Positions 13,301 to 27,377 of a stretch of 64,000 nucleotides of DNA are shown piece by piece. Position 1 is the stretch's first letter, and the number at the start of each line of letters is the position of its first letter. This stretch comes from Macrostomum hystrix. Lineage: Eukaryota; Animalia; Platyhelminthes. Position numbers and translations under genes: made by a program. The notes under the pieces were generated by a model. The model was not told the origin of the DNA, ran no database searches, and was given only the letters and a program-made list of their open reading frames with translations. Location: contig CATNEN010000012.1 of assembly GCA_950097015.1 (NCBI GenBank), positions 3,286,001 to 3,350,000 of the forward strand, given 5' to 3'.

Positions 13301-15960
13301 GTTTAGCCATGATTCAAACTCTGGTTTAACCATGATTCAAACTCAAGTTTAGCGATGATTCAAACTCTGGTTTAGCCATGCTGATGATGATGGTTTAGCC
13401 ATGATTCAAACTCTGGTTCAGCCATGATTCAAACTCTGGTTGGCCCAGATTCAAACTCTGGTTTAGCCATGATTCAGACTCTGGTTTAGCCATGATTCAG
13501 ACTCAAGTTTAACCATGATTCAGACTCTGGTTTAGCCATGATTCAGACTCTAGTTTAGCCATGATTCAGACTCTGGTTTAGCCATGATTCAGACTCTGGT
13601 TAGCCATGATTCAGACTCTGGTTTAGCCATGATTCAGACTCTGGTTTAGCCATGATTCAGACTCTGGTTTAGCCATGATTCAGACTCTGGTTTAGCCATG
13701 ATTCAGACTCTGGTTTAGCCATGATTCAAGACTCTGGTTTAGCCATGATTCAAACTCTGGTTTAGCCATGATTCAGACTCTGGTTTAGCCATGATTCAGA
13801 ACTCTGGTTTAGCCATGATTCAAGACTCTGGTTTAGCCATGATTCAAGACTCTGGTTTAGCCATGATTCAGACGCTGGTTTAGCCATGATTCAGACTCTG
13901 GTTTAGCCATGATTCAGACTCTGGTTTAGCCATGATTCAAACGCTGGTTTAGCCATGATTCAAACTCTGGTTTAGCCATGATTCAAACTCTGGTTTAGCC
14001 ATGATTCAAACTCTGGTTTAGCCATGATTCAAACTCTGGTTTAGCCATGATTCAAACTCTGGTTTAGCCATGATTCAAACTCTGGTTTAGCCATGATTTA
14101 AGACTCTGGTTTAGCAATGATTCAGACTCTGGTTTAGCCATGATTCAGACTCTGGTTTAGCCATGATTCAGACTCTGGTTTAGCCATGATTCAAACTCTG
14201 GTTTAGCCATGATTCAGACTCTGGTTTAGCCATGATTCAGACTCTGGTTTAGCCATGATTCAAACTCTGGTTTAGCCATGATTCAGACTCTGGTTTAGCC
14301 ATGAATTCAAATTCTGGTTAAGCCATGATTCAGACTCTGGTTTAGCCATGATTCAAACTCTGGTTTAGCCATGATTCAGACGCTGGTTTAGCCATGATTC
14401 AAGCTCTGGTTTAGCCATGATTCAAACTCTGGTTTAGCCATGATTCAGACTCTGGTTTAGCCATGATTCAAACTCTGGTTTAGCCATGATTCAAACTCTG
14501 GTTTAGCCATGATTCAAACTCTGGTTTAGCCATGATTCAGACGCTGGTTTAGCCATGATTCAGACGCTGGTTTAGCCATGATTCAAACTCTGGTTAAGCC
14601 ATGATTCAGACTCTGGTTTAGCCATGATTTCAACTCTGGTTTAAGCCATGATTCAGACTCTGGTTTAGCCATGATTCAAACTCTGGTTTAGCCATGATTC
14701 AGACGCTGGTTTAGCCATGATTCAGACTCTGGTTTAGCCATGATTCAGACTCTGGTTTAGCCATGATTCAAACTCTGGTTTAGCCATGATTCAGACTCTG
14801 GTTTAGCCATGATTTAAACTCTGTTTAGCCATGATTCAGACTCTGGTTTAGCCATGATTCAGACTCTGGTTTAACCATGATTCAGACGCTGGTTTAGCCA
14901 TGATTCAGACTCTGGTTTAGCCATGATTGAAGACTCTGGTTTAGCCATGATTCAAACTCTGGTTTAGCCATGATTCAGACTCTGGTTAGCAATGATTCAA
15001 ACTCTGGTTTAGCCATGATTCAAACTCTGGTTTAGCCATGATTCAAACTCTGGTTTAGCCATGATTCAGACGCTGGTTTAGCCATGATTCAGACTCTGGT
15101 TTAGCCATGATTCAGACGCTGGTTTAGCCATGATTCAAACGCTGGTTTAGCCATGATTCAAACTCTGGTTTAGCCATGATTCAAACTCTGGTTTAGCCAT
15201 GATTCAGACTCTGGTTTAGCCATGATTCAAACTCTGGTTTAGCCATGATTCAAACTCTGGTTTAGCCATGATTCAAACTCTGGTTTAGCCATGATTGAAG
15301 CTCTGGTTTAGCCATGATTCAAACTCTGGTTTAGCCATGATTCAGACTCTGGTTAGCAATGATTCAAACTCTGGTTTAGCCATGATTCAAACTCTGGTTT
15401 AGCCATGATTCAGACTCTGGTTTAGCCATGATTCAAACTCTGGTTTAGCCATGATTCAAACTCTGGTTTAAGCCATGATTCAGACTCAAGTTTAGCCGAT
15501 GATTCAAACTCTGGTTTAGCCATGATTATGACTATGGTTTAGCCATGATTCAAACTCTGGTTTCAGCCATGATTCAAACTCTGGTTAGGCCCATGATTCA
15601 AACTCTGGTTTAGCCATGATTCAGACTCTGGTTTAGCCATGATTCAGACTCTAGTTTAAGCCATGATTCAGACTCTGGTTTAGCCATGATTCAGACTCTA
15701 GTTTAGCCATGATTCAGACTCTGGTTTAGCCATGATTCAGACTCTGGTTTAAGCCATGATTCAGACTCTGGTTTAGCCATGATTCAGACTCTGGTTTAGC
15801 CATGATTCAGACGCTGGTTTAGCCATGATTCAGACTCTGGTTTAGCCATGATTCAGACTCCATGTTTAGCCATGATTCAAGCTCTGGTTTAGCCATGATT
15901 CAGACGCTGGTTTAGCCATGATTCAGACTCTATTGTTGCAATGATTCAAACTCAGATTTG
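4360..15960. repeat. 23-bp minisatellite, ~11.6-kb array with higher-order blocks
   Basis: Same unit, with many CAAACTCT variants. The landmark variant GCTGATGATGATGG recurs near 5391, 6447, 7642, 9705, 11243 and 13380. Confidence 0.97.
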
Positions 15961-16651
15961 CTATGATTTATGATATTTTATTTACGAAATGAAAAAAATA
16001 AATTGAAATATTCTTCAATCACTACTGGCTGAAAAAATAGTCTAAATGATTTGACGCAGTGCAGAATCGAACCCTAGCCTAGCCTAACCTATTCCTAGTG
16101 CCTACACATCGGCTATTCCGACTGTTGGATTAGTGGGTCGCAAAAATCTAGCCTTATAAAATGAATTCTCAAAGTTCTGGCTTTGTACAATGAAGTAAGA
16201 AAATAGAGTACACTCAGTCTCGCGGTTGGTTGTGTACATTTATTTCCAATTTGTCTCCAGAGTGCAGGCTTCAAATTCAATCAGCTAGGGGTTGTTGCGC
16301 AATTTGACGACGCAATTCTAATTCAGTGGCTGTCAGTGAAATTCTCAATAGGCCAAGATGGTTTGACCTTTGAAAAAATCATGTTTTTCGAATATTTAAT
16401 CCCTTTAGCAATAAAGTTAAGCTTAATAAAAATACGTGTATAATTGTCCCCATATTTAGCATCTTTTGGTGAAGAAATGGTGAAAATCGGTTGAGCCGTT
16501 CGGGAGAAAATCAATTACAAGCAACCAACCATTTCATTTTTAGTATAGTGGACTAGCAAGTTTTGCCCCCCTTCGGGGAGCAGAAATATTTTGATTTCGT
16601 CCAGTATACACTTTTTAGCAGCTGCATTTTCAGCCTTTTTACGCTACAATG

Positions 16652-17585
16652 ATCAGTTGACAATGATCCCCCAGTTGATAAAGATCCCCCAGTTGACAAT
16701 AATCCCCCAGTTGACAATGATCCCCCAGTTGACAATGATCCCCCCGTTGACAATAATCCCCCAATTGATGATGATCACGCAGTTGATTATGATCCCCCAG
16801 TTGACAATAATCCCTCAATTGATGATGATCACGCAGTTGACAATGATCCCCCAGTTAATGATGACTCCCCATTGATGATGATCCCCAGTTGACAATGTTC
16901 CCACAGCTGACAATGATCCCCGAGTTGACAATAATCCCCCAATTGATGATGATCACGCAGTTGACAATGATCCCCCAGTTAATGATGACTCCCCATTGAT
17001 GATAATCTCCAGTTGACAACGTTCCCCCAGTTGACAATGTTCCCACAGTTGACAATGATCCCCCAGTTGATGATGATCAACAAGTTGACAATGATCCCCC
17101 CAGTTCACAATGATCCTCCGGGTGATGATAAACCCCCAGTTGACAATGATCCCCAGTTGACAATGATCCCCCAGTTGACATTGACAATGATCTCCCAGTT
17201 GACAATGATCCCCCAGTTGACAATTATCCCCCAGTTAACCATGATCCCGCATTTGATGATGACTCCCCAGTTGACAATTATCCCCCAGTTGACAACTATC
17301 CCCCCGTTGACAATGATCCTCCAGTTGACAATTATCTCTCAGTTGACTATGATCCCCCATTGATGGTGATCCCAGTTGACAATGTTCCCGCAGTTGAACA
17401 TGATCCCCTAGTTGACAATGATCCCCTAGTTGATTATGATCCCGCATTTGGTGATGTTTCCCCGTGACAATTATCCCCCAGTTGACAATTATCCCCCAGT
17501 TGCCAATGATCCTCCAGTTGACAATGATCCCCCAGTTGACAATTATCCCCCAGTTTACCATGATCCCCCAGTTGACGATTATCCA
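16652..17585. repeat. 18-bp minisatellite, third array (more degenerate)
   Basis: Same unit with more substitutions. Confidence 0.95.
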
Positions 17586-20500
17586 CCAGTTCTGGTTTAG
17601 CAATGATTCAAACGCTGGGTTAGCCATGATTCAAACTCTGGTTTTGCCATGATTCAAACTCTGGTTTAGCCATGATTCAAACTCTGGTTTAGCCATGATT
17701 CAGAATCTAGTTTAGCCATGATTCAGACGCTGGTTTAGCTATGATTCAAACTCTGGTTTAGCCATGATTCAGACGCAGGTTTAGCTATGATTTAAACTCT
17801 GGTTTAGCCATGATTCAGACTCTGGTGTAGCCATGATTCAGACTCTGGTTTAGCCATGATTCAGACTCTGGTTTAGCCATGATTCAGACTCTGGTTTAGC
17901 TATGAGCCATGATTCAGACTCTGGTGTAGCCATGATTCAGACTCTGGTGTAGCCATGATTCAGACTCTGGTGTAGCCATGATTCAGACTCTGGTTTAGCC
18001 TATGATTCAGACTCTGGTTTAGCCATGATTCAGACTCTGGTTTAGCCATGATTCAGACTCTGGTTTAGCCATGATTCAGACTCTGGTTTAGCCATGATTC
18101 AGACTCTGGTTTAGCCATGATTCAGACTCTGGTTTAGCCATGATTCAAACTCTGGTTTAGCCATGATTCAGACTCTGGTGTAGCCATGATTCAGACTCTG
18201 GTTTAGCTATGATTCAAACTCTGGTTTAGCCATGATTCAGACTCTGGTTTAGCCATGATTCAGACTCTGGTTTAGCCATGATTCAGACTCTGGTGTAGCC
18301 ATGATTCAGACTCTGGTTTAGCCATGATTCAGACTCTGGTTTAGCCATGATTCAGACTCTGGTTTAGCCATGATTCAGACTCTGGTTTAGCCATGATTCA
18401 GACTCTGGTTTAGCCATGATTCAGACTCTGGTTTAGCCATAATCCAGACTCTGGTTTAGCCTTGATTAAGACTCTGGTTTAGCCATGATTTAGACTCTGG
18501 TGTAGCCATGATTCAGACTCTGGTTTAGCCATGATTCAGACTCTGGTTTAGCCATGATTCAGACTCTGGTTTAGCCATGATTCAGACTCTGGTTTAGCCA
18601 TGATTCAGACTCTGGTTTAGCCATGATTCAGACTCTGGTTTAGCCATGATTCAGACTCTGGTGTAGCCATGATTCAGACTCTGGTTTAGCCATGATTCAG
18701 ACTCTGGTTTAGCCATGATTCAGACTCTGGTTTAGCCATGATTCAGACTCTGGTTTAGCCATGATTCAGACTCTGGTTTAGCCATGATTCAGACTCTGGT
18801 TTAGCCATGATTCAGACTCTGGTTTAGCCATGATTCAGACTCTGGTTTAGCCATGATTCAGACTCTGGTTTAGCCATGATTCAGACTCTGGTTTAGCCAT
18901 GATTCAGACTCTGGTTTAGCCATGATTCAGACTCTGGTTTAGCCATGATTCAGACTCTGGTTTAGCCATGATTCAGACTCTGTTTTAGCCATGATTCAGA
19001 CTCTGGTTTAGCCATGATTCAGACTCTGGTTTAGCCATGATTCAGACTCTGGTTTAGCCATGATTCAGACTCTGGTTTTAGCCATGATTCAGACTCTGGT
19101 TTAGCCATGATTCAGACTCTGGTTTAGCCATGATTCAGACTCTGGTTTAGCCATGATTCAGACTCTGGTGTAGCCATGATTCAGACTCTGGTTTAGCCAT
19201 GATTCAGACTCTGTTTAGCCTATGATTCAAACTCTGGTTTAGCCATGATTCAAACTCTGTTTTAGCTATGATTCAAACTCTGGTTTAGCCATGATTCAGA
19301 CTCTGGTTTAGCCATGATTCAGACTCTGGTTTAGCCATGATTCAGACTCTGGTTTAGCCATGATTCAAACTCTGGTTTAGCTATGATTCAAACTCTGGTT
19401 TAGCCATGATTCAGACTCTGGTTTAGCCATGATTCAGACTCTGGTTTAGCTATGATTCAGAACTCTGGTTTAGCCATGATTCAGACTCTGGTTTAGCCAT
19501 GATTCAGACTCTGGTTTAGCCATGATTCAGACTCTGGTTTAGCCATGATTCAGACTCTGGTTTAGCCATGATTCAGACTCTGGTTTAGCCATGATTCAGA
19601 CTCTGGTTTAGCCATGATTCAGACTCTGGTTTAGCCATGATTCAGACTCTGGTTTAGCCATGATTCAGACTCTGGTTTAGCCATGATTCAGACTCTGGTT
19701 TAGCCATGATTCAGACTCTGGTTTAGCCATGATTCAGACTCTGGTTTAGCCATGATTCAGACTCTGGTTTAGCCATGATTCAGACTCTGGTTTAGCCATG
19801 ATTCAGACTCTGGTTTAGCCATGATTCAGACTCTGGTTTAGCCATGATCCAGACTCTGGTTTAGCCTATGATTCAGACTCTGGTTTAGCCATGATTCAGA
19901 CTCTGGTGTAGCCATGATTCAGACTCTGGTTTAGCCATGATTCAGACTCTGGTTTAGCCATGATTCAGACTCTGGTTTAGCCATGATTCAGACTCTGGTT
20001 TAGCCATGATCCAGACTCTGGTTTAGCCATGATTCAGACTCTGGTTTAGCCATGATTCAGACTCTGGTGTAGCCATGGTTCAGACTCTGGTGTAGCCATG
20101 ATTCAGACTCTGGTTTAGCCATGATTCAGACTCTGGTTTAGCCATGATTCAGACTCTGGTTTAGCCATGATTCAGACTCTGGTGTAGCCATGATTCAGAC
20201 TCTGGTTTAGCCATGATTCAAACTCTGTTTTAGCTATGATTCAAACTCTGGTTTAGCCATAATTCAAACTCTGTTTTAGCTATGATTCAAACTCTGGTTT
20301 AGCCATGATTCAAACTCTGGTTTAGCTATGAGCCATGATTCACACTCTGGTGTAGCCATGAATCAGACTCTGGTTTAGCCATGATTCAAACTCTGGTTTA
20401 GCTATGATTTAAACTCTGGTGTAGCCATGATTCAGACTCTGGTTTAGCCATGATTCAGACTCTGGTTTAGCTATGATTCAGACTCTGGTGTAGCCATGAT

Positions 20501-23500
20501 TCAGACTCTGGTGTAGCCATGATTCAGACTCTGGTTTAGCCATGATTCAGACTCTGGTTTAGCCATGATTCAGACTCTGGTGTAGCCATGATTCAGACTC
20601 TGGTTTAGCCATGATTCAGACTCTGGTTTAGCTATGATTCAAACTCTGGTTTAGCCATGATTCAGACTCTGGTTTAGCCATGATTCAGACTCTGGTTTAG
20701 CCATGATTCAAACTCTGGTTTAGCCATGATTCAGACTCTGGTGTAGCCATGATTCAGACTCTGGTTTAGCTATGATTCAAACTCTGGTTTAGCCATGATT
20801 CAGACTCTGGTTTAGCCATGATTCAGACTCTGGTTTAGCCATGATTCAGACTCTGGTTTAGCCATGATTCAGACTCTGGTGTAGCCATGATTCAGACTCT
20901 GGTTTAGCCATGATCCAGACTCTGGTTTAGCCTTGATTCAGACTCTGGTTTAGCCATGATTCAGACTCTGGTTTAGCCATGATTCAGACTCTGGTGTAGC
21001 CATGATTCAGACTCTGGTTTAGCCATGATTCAAACTCTGTTTTAGCCTATGATTCAAACTCTGGTTTAGCCATGATTCAAACTCTGTTTTAGCTATGATT
21101 CAAACTCTGGTTTAGCCATGATTCAAACTCTGGTTTAGCTATGAGCCATGATTCAGACTCTGGTGTAGCCATGAATCAGACTCTGGTTTAGCCATGATTC
21201 AAACTCTGGTTTAGCTATGATTTAAACTCTGGTGTAGCCATGATTCAGACTCTGGTTTAGCCATGATTCAGACTCTGGTTTAGCTATGATTCAGACTCTG
21301 GTGTAGCCATGATTCAGACTCTGGTGTAGCCATGATTCAGACTCTGGTTTAGCCATGATTCAGACTCTGGTTTAGCCATGATTCAGACTCTGGTGTAGCC
21401 ATGATTCAGACTCTGGTTTAGCCATGATTCAGACTCTGGTTTAGCTATGATTCAAACTCTGGTTTAGCCATGATTCAGACTCTGGTTTAGCCATGATTCA
21501 GACTCTGGTTTAGCCATGATTCAAACTCTGGTTTAGCCATGATTCAGACTCTGGTGTAGCCATGATTCAGACTCTGGTTTAGCTATGATTCAAACTCTGG
21601 TTTAGCCATGATTCAGACTCTGGTTTAGCCATGATTCAGACTCTGGTTTAGCCATGATTCAGACTCTGGTTTAGCCATGATTCAGACTCTGGTGTAGCCA
21701 TGATTCAGACTCTGGTTTAGCCATGATCCAGACTCTGGTTTAGCCTTGATTCAGACTCTGGTTTAGCCATGATTCAGACTCTGGTTTAGCCATGATTCAG
21801 ACTCTGGTGTAGCCATGATTCAGACTCTGGTTTAGCCATGATCCAGACTCTGGTTTAGCCTTGATTCAGACTCTGGTTTAGCCATGATTTAGACTCTGGT
21901 GTAGCCATGATTCAGACTCTGGTTTAGCCATGATTCAGACTCTGGTTTAGCCATGATTCAGACTCTGGTTTAGCCATGATTCAGACTCTGGTTTAGCCAT
22001 GATCCAGACTCTGGTTTAGCCATGATTCAGACTCTGGTTTAGCCATGATTCAGACTCTGGTTTAGCCATGATTCAGACTCTGGTTTAGCCATGATTCAGA
22101 CTCTGGTTTAGCCATGATTCAGACTCTGGTTTAGCCATGATTCAGACTCTGGTTTAGCCATGATTCAGACTCTGGTGTAGCCATGATTCAGACTCTGGTT
22201 TAGCCATGATTCAAACTCTGTTTTAGCTATGATTCAAACTCTGGTTTAGCCATGATTCAAACTCTGTTTTAGCTATGATTCAAACTCTGGTTTAGCCATG
22301 ATTCAAACTCTGGTTTAGCTATGACCATGATTCAGATTCTGGTGTAGCCATGAATCAGACTCTGGTTTAGCCATGATTCAAACTCTGGTTTAGCTATGAT
22401 TTAAACTCTGGTGTAGCCATGATTCAGACTCTGGTTTAGCCATGATTCAGACTCTGGTTTAGCTATGATTCAGACTCTGGTGTAGCCATAATTCAGACTC
22501 TGGTGTAGCCATGATTCAGACTCTGGTTTAGCCATGATTCAGACTCTGGTTTAGCCATGATTCAAACTCTGGTGTAGCCATGATTCAGACTCTGGTTTAG
22601 CCATGATTCAGACTCTGGTTTAGCTATGATTCAAACTCTGGTTTAGCCATGATTCAGACTCTGGTTTAGCCATGATTCAGACTCTGGTTTAGCCATGATT
22701 CAAACTCTGGTTTAGCCATGATTCAGACTCTGGTGTAGCCATGATTCAGACTCTGGTTTAGCTATGATTCAAACTCTGGTTTAGCCATGATTCAGACTCT
22801 GGTTTAGCCATGATTCAGACTCTGGTTTAGCCATGATTCAGACTCTGGTTTAGCCATGATTCAGACTCTGGTGTAGCCATGATTCAGACTCTGGTTTAGC
22901 CATGATCCAGACTCTGGTTTAGCCTTGATTCAGACTCTGGTTTAGCCATGATTCAGACTCTGGTTTAGCCATGATTCAGACTCTGGTGTAGCCATGATTC
23001 AGACTCTGGTTTAGCCATGATCCAGACTCTGGTTTAGCCTTGATTCAGACTCTGGTTTAGCCATGATTTAGACTCTGGTGTAGCCATGATTCAGACTCTG
23101 GTTTAGCCATGATTCAGACTCTGGTTTTGCCATGATTCAGACTCTGGTTTAGCCATGATTCAGACTCTGGTTTAGCCATGATCCAGACTCTGGTTTAGCC
23201 ATGATTCAGACTCTGGTTTAGCCATGATTCAGACTCTGGTGTAGCCATGATTCAGACTCTGGTGTAGCCATGATTCAGACTCTGGTTTAGCCATGATTCA
23301 GACTCTGGTTTAGCCATGATTCAGACTCTGGTTTAGCCATGATTCAGACTCTGGTTTAGCCATGATTCAGACTCTGGTTTAGCCATGATTCAGACTCTGG
23401 TTTAGCCATGATTCAGACTCTGGTTTAGCCATGATTCAGACTCTGGTGTAGCCATGATTCAGACTCTGGTTTAGCCATGATTCAGACTCTGGTTTAGCCA

Positions 23501-24170
23501 TGATTCAGACTCTGGTTTAGCCATGATTCAGACTCTGGTTTAGCCATGATTCAGACTCTGGTTTAGCCATGATTCAGACTCTGGTTTAGCCATGATTCAG
23601 ACTCTGGTTTAGCCATGATTCAGACTCTGGTTTAGCCATGATTCAGACTCTGGTGTAGCCATGATTCAGACTCTGGTTTAGCCATGATTCAGACTCTGGT
23701 TTAGCCATGATTCAGACTCTGGTTTAGCCATGATTCAGACTCTGGTTTAGCCATGATTCAGACTCTGGTTTAGCCATGATTCAGACTCTGGTTTAGCCAT
23801 GATTCAGACTCTGGTTTAGCCATGATTCAGACTCTGGTGTAGCCATGATTCAGACTCTGGTGTAGCCATGATTCAGACTCTGGTTTAGCCATGATTCAGA
23901 CTCTGGTTTAGCCATGATTCAGACTCTGGTTTAGCCATGATTCAGACTCTGGTTTAGCCATGATTCAGACTCTGGTTTAGCCATGATTCAGACTCTGGTT
24001 TAGCCATGATTCAGACTCTGGTTTAGCCATGATTCAGACTCTGGTGTAGCCATGATCCAGACTCTGGTTTAGCCATGATTCAGACTCTGGTTTAGCCATG
24101 ATTCAGACTCTGGTTTAGCCATGATTCAGACTCTGGTTTAGCCATGATTCAAACTCTGTTTTAGCCGGTG
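17586..24170. repeat. 23-bp minisatellite, ~6.6-kb homogeneous array
   Basis: Mostly CAGACTCT units, with GGTGTAGCC and AGCTATG variants that are rare in the other arrays. Confidence 0.97.
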
Positions 24171-24949
24171 TGCTATGATTTATGATATTTTATTTACGAA
24201 ATGAAAAAAATGATATAAAATAGTCTTCAATCACTACTGGCTGAAAATTAGTCTAAATGATTTGATGCAGTGCAGAATCGAACCCTAGCCTAGCCTAACC
24301 TATTCCTGGTGCCTACACATCGGCTATTCCGACTGTTGGTTAGTGGGTGCAAAAATCAGCCTTATAAAATGAATTCTCAAAGTTCTGGCTTTGTACAATG
24401 AAGTAAGAAAATAGAGTACACTCAGTCTTGCGGTTGGTTGTGTACATTTATTTCCAATTTGTCTCCAGAGTGCAGGCTTCAAATTCAATCAGCTAGGGGT
24501 TGTTGCGCAATTTGACGATGCAATTCTAATTCAGTGGCAGTGAGTAAAATTCTCAATAGGCCAAGATGGTTTGACCTTCTAAAAATCATGTTTTTCGAAT
24601 ATTTAATCCCTTTAGCAATAAAGTTAAGCTTAATAAAAATACGTGTATAATTGTCCCCATATTTGGCATCTTTTGGTGAAGAAATGGTGAAAATCGGTTG
24701 AGCCGTTCGGGAGAAAATCAATTACAACCAACCAACCATTTCATTTTTAGTATAGTGGAAAACCGACCGGCTACTAACTGTTGCATCAGCCGAGATACTG
24801 TGAGTCTGTTGTTTCTCTCTGTCATTCCTCCGGACGCGGGTCGAGCGGCGCTTTTCTGGGACCTAGGGAGTCGCAGCTTACCCAACCTAGCTGTAGGCCT
24901 ACCCACACATGTAGGTGAACCACAACAATTGTTACAACCACCATTCAAT

Positions 24950-25620
24950 ATTTTCCCCCCCAACGTTGCACCCACCTCCCCATTTTCTCTCCCCAACGCT
25001 GCACCCACCAAATCTTTTTCTCTCCCCTTCGGCTACACCCATCCCATTTTCTCTCTTCCCGTCGCTACACCCACCACCCCATTTTCTCTCTTTCCCGTCG
25101 CTACACCCACCACCCCATTTTCTCTCTTTCCCGTCGCTGCACCCACCACTCCATTTTCTCTCTTGCCCATCGCTGCGCCCACCACCCCATTTTCTCTCTT
25201 TCCCGTCGCTGCACCCACTACTCCATTTTCTCTCTTTCCCGTCGCTGCACCCACCAAATCTTTTTCTCTCCCTTCGGCTACACCCATCCCATTTTCTCTC
25301 TTTCCCGTCGCTACACCCACCACCCCATTTTCTCTCTTTCCCGTCGCTGCACCCACCACTCCATTTTCTCTCCTGCCCATCGCTGCGCCCACCACCCCAT
25401 TTTCTCTCTTTCCCGTCGCTGCACCCACCAAATCTTTTTCTCTCCCTTCGGCTACACCCATCCCATTTTCTCTCTTTCCCGTCGCTGCACCCACCACCCC
25501 ATTTTCTCTCTTTCCCGTCGCTGCACCCACCACTCCATTTTCTCTCTTTCCCGTCGCTGCACCCACCACTCCATTTTCTCTCTTGCCCATCGCTGCGCCC
25601 ACCAAATTTTTTTCTCTGCC
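24950..25620. repeat. 36-bp minisatellite (CCATTTTCTCTCTTTCCCGTCGCTGCACCCACCACC)n
   Basis: 36-nt period. Explains the overlapping repetitive ORFs at 24698-25711. Confidence 0.95.
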
Positions 25621-26866
25621 TCATCGCTCTTTTTCTCCGTTCTTTAAATTTCCAATTGTAACTCGGATATTGTAAATAATGTAATATAATGGAAATAAGG
25701 GTGGAAATCATCAGCTCGAAAATTGACCTCTTAAGTGTATTTCGCTACAAAAAACTAATTAAAGTTTTTGATACGTTACTCGCAATTAAATCTTATTGAG
25801 AGAATAGCAAAATTGATCTTAGAAAAATGAAAAGCAATACACGATAGAGAGCAGAACAGTAAAGAAAATCAGCGAAGTCTATAACCCACTTTAAGAAGTG
25901 CGCAAGATGAGATTTTTAGGTCAGTCTGCTGCTATTCTTTCGGATTCGTTGAGATTTTATCGCCAAAATAATGCGTGATTTGCAGCGTTCACAAATATAA
26001 GGATTTTCAAGCAGTGCCATCAGTAGAGTACAAGGACGAATTCGAAAAAGGAAGGATGCCAACCAACGTTTGGAATTTGACAATAAAATCAAAATTGAAA
26101 TGTTGCTATTTTTAGAAACAGCTTTTCGGAAAATCCCTCAAAGCGAGCACGTGATTTTCCAGCCTAAGCCAATGAAATTTGAAGGGCAAGTTTGCACCCG
26201 ATCCTGCATCCTTTTTCAGTAAGTCCTCGTATTTAAAATAACAATGGCTGAATTGTGAATTGTGAAATTGTGAATTGTGAATTGTGAAATTAAACTACGT
26301 ACTCGTAATTCATGATTGGAAGAAATGATGAAAAAAATGAAGCAAATTGCTTCATGAAAATGGGACGCAGGCTTGTTCAGTCTTTCACTTCGCGCATTGA
26401 AGTTACACGCAAGATGCATTTAGCTGATCGAGATAAATTGATGGATAAGTTTTTGGCGCCAGTTTAAATTTACAAGCTATGAGCAACATTTAAAAGTTAA
26501 TTTTGATTATCAATAAGCTGACGAAACTCTTTTGTCTTTGAAATTTGTTGGTCTAATGATTGAGGAATAAGAAACTGGAGATGAAACTATCACTACCTTG
26601 AGTATTTTAGAGAAAAAATGCTGCATACGGCTGATGAGTACTGTTGGGTGTACTGTTGGGACACTACACCAACCCTCAATTACCCCAGAGTCCGTGGTCG
26701 ATCGTGGTGCGATTATGTGGCTTATTGGCAAGCACCTCGCATTACTTCGCTGTTCAGCAATGCAGAGTTAAGTGTCTTGCTAAAGGACAAAAATAGTTCC
26801 AGTGGAGTCAATTCAACAGATTGAATATTCAGAATGATTATGAAAACGCTATTGAAATCTGGAATT

Positions 26867-27342
26867 TTATAAAATTACACTTTTCGTGCCCACAGCCACA
26901 ACAGATACCAGCTGCAGCAGCAGCAGCAGTAGCCAGTCGCTGTTCTGTCGCAGTCTGCCAGCAGAATTGCACAAGTCGCCCTTGCAGTAGCACATCTCCG
27001 TCGTGGTGCCAGCTCCGTACAGCATGTGGCAGCCGGGTCCCATGCCACGCGGAATGTCGACGCACTCTCGAGAGATCACAGTCGCAATGAGGGTCTCCGG
27101 CTTCCGCATGCCGAAGCCGCCGGTCTGGTCTATGTGGTAGCGATAAGAGCGGGTGACAATCTTCACGCAGCCGTCATAGTCAACACCCGCGCACTCCACT
27201 TGATTGCCAGCCTGCTGATAAGAGCTGCCGCCGCAGTAGCGTCTCAGCATCTGCTGTTTACCCGCTTCGTCCAAGTTGCGCATGTTCAAATCGAAATAAT
27301 TGTCGCAGGAGTAGCAGCTCAGCGCCTCGCTTAGCCTCAACT

Positions 27343-27377
<35 letters not shown>

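Larger units (their letters stand above)
3233..16552 (-). mobile_element. Non-autonomous Helitron-like element, copy 2 (complete, 13,320 bp)
   Basis: 5' end TCCACTATACTAAAAATGAAAT at 16552. The 3' end is hairpin GCTCCCC-GAA-GGGGGGC (plus 3245-3261), then 8 nt, then CTAG (3233-3236), which directly abuts the TC of copy 1. Confidence 0.85.
16553..24759 (-). mobile_element. Non-autonomous Helitron-like element, copy 3 (complete, 8,207 bp)
   Basis: 5' TC at 24759-24758, where similarity to the other copies stops abruptly. 3' hairpin at plus 16565-16581 and CTAG at 16553-16556, abutting the TC of copy 2. Confidence 0.85.

Noticed and set aside
1-24170. CRISPR array or repeat-protein genes in the 18-bp and 23-bp arrays
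   Set aside because: Units are contiguous with no unique spacers, there are no cas genes and the context is eukaryotic. ORFs are open in several frames on both strands, as expected for stop-poor repeats.
24698-25711. 325-aa Pro/Thr-rich mucin-like ORF and overlapping ORFs
   Set aside because: They coincide with the 36-bp minisatellite and are open in at least four frames.
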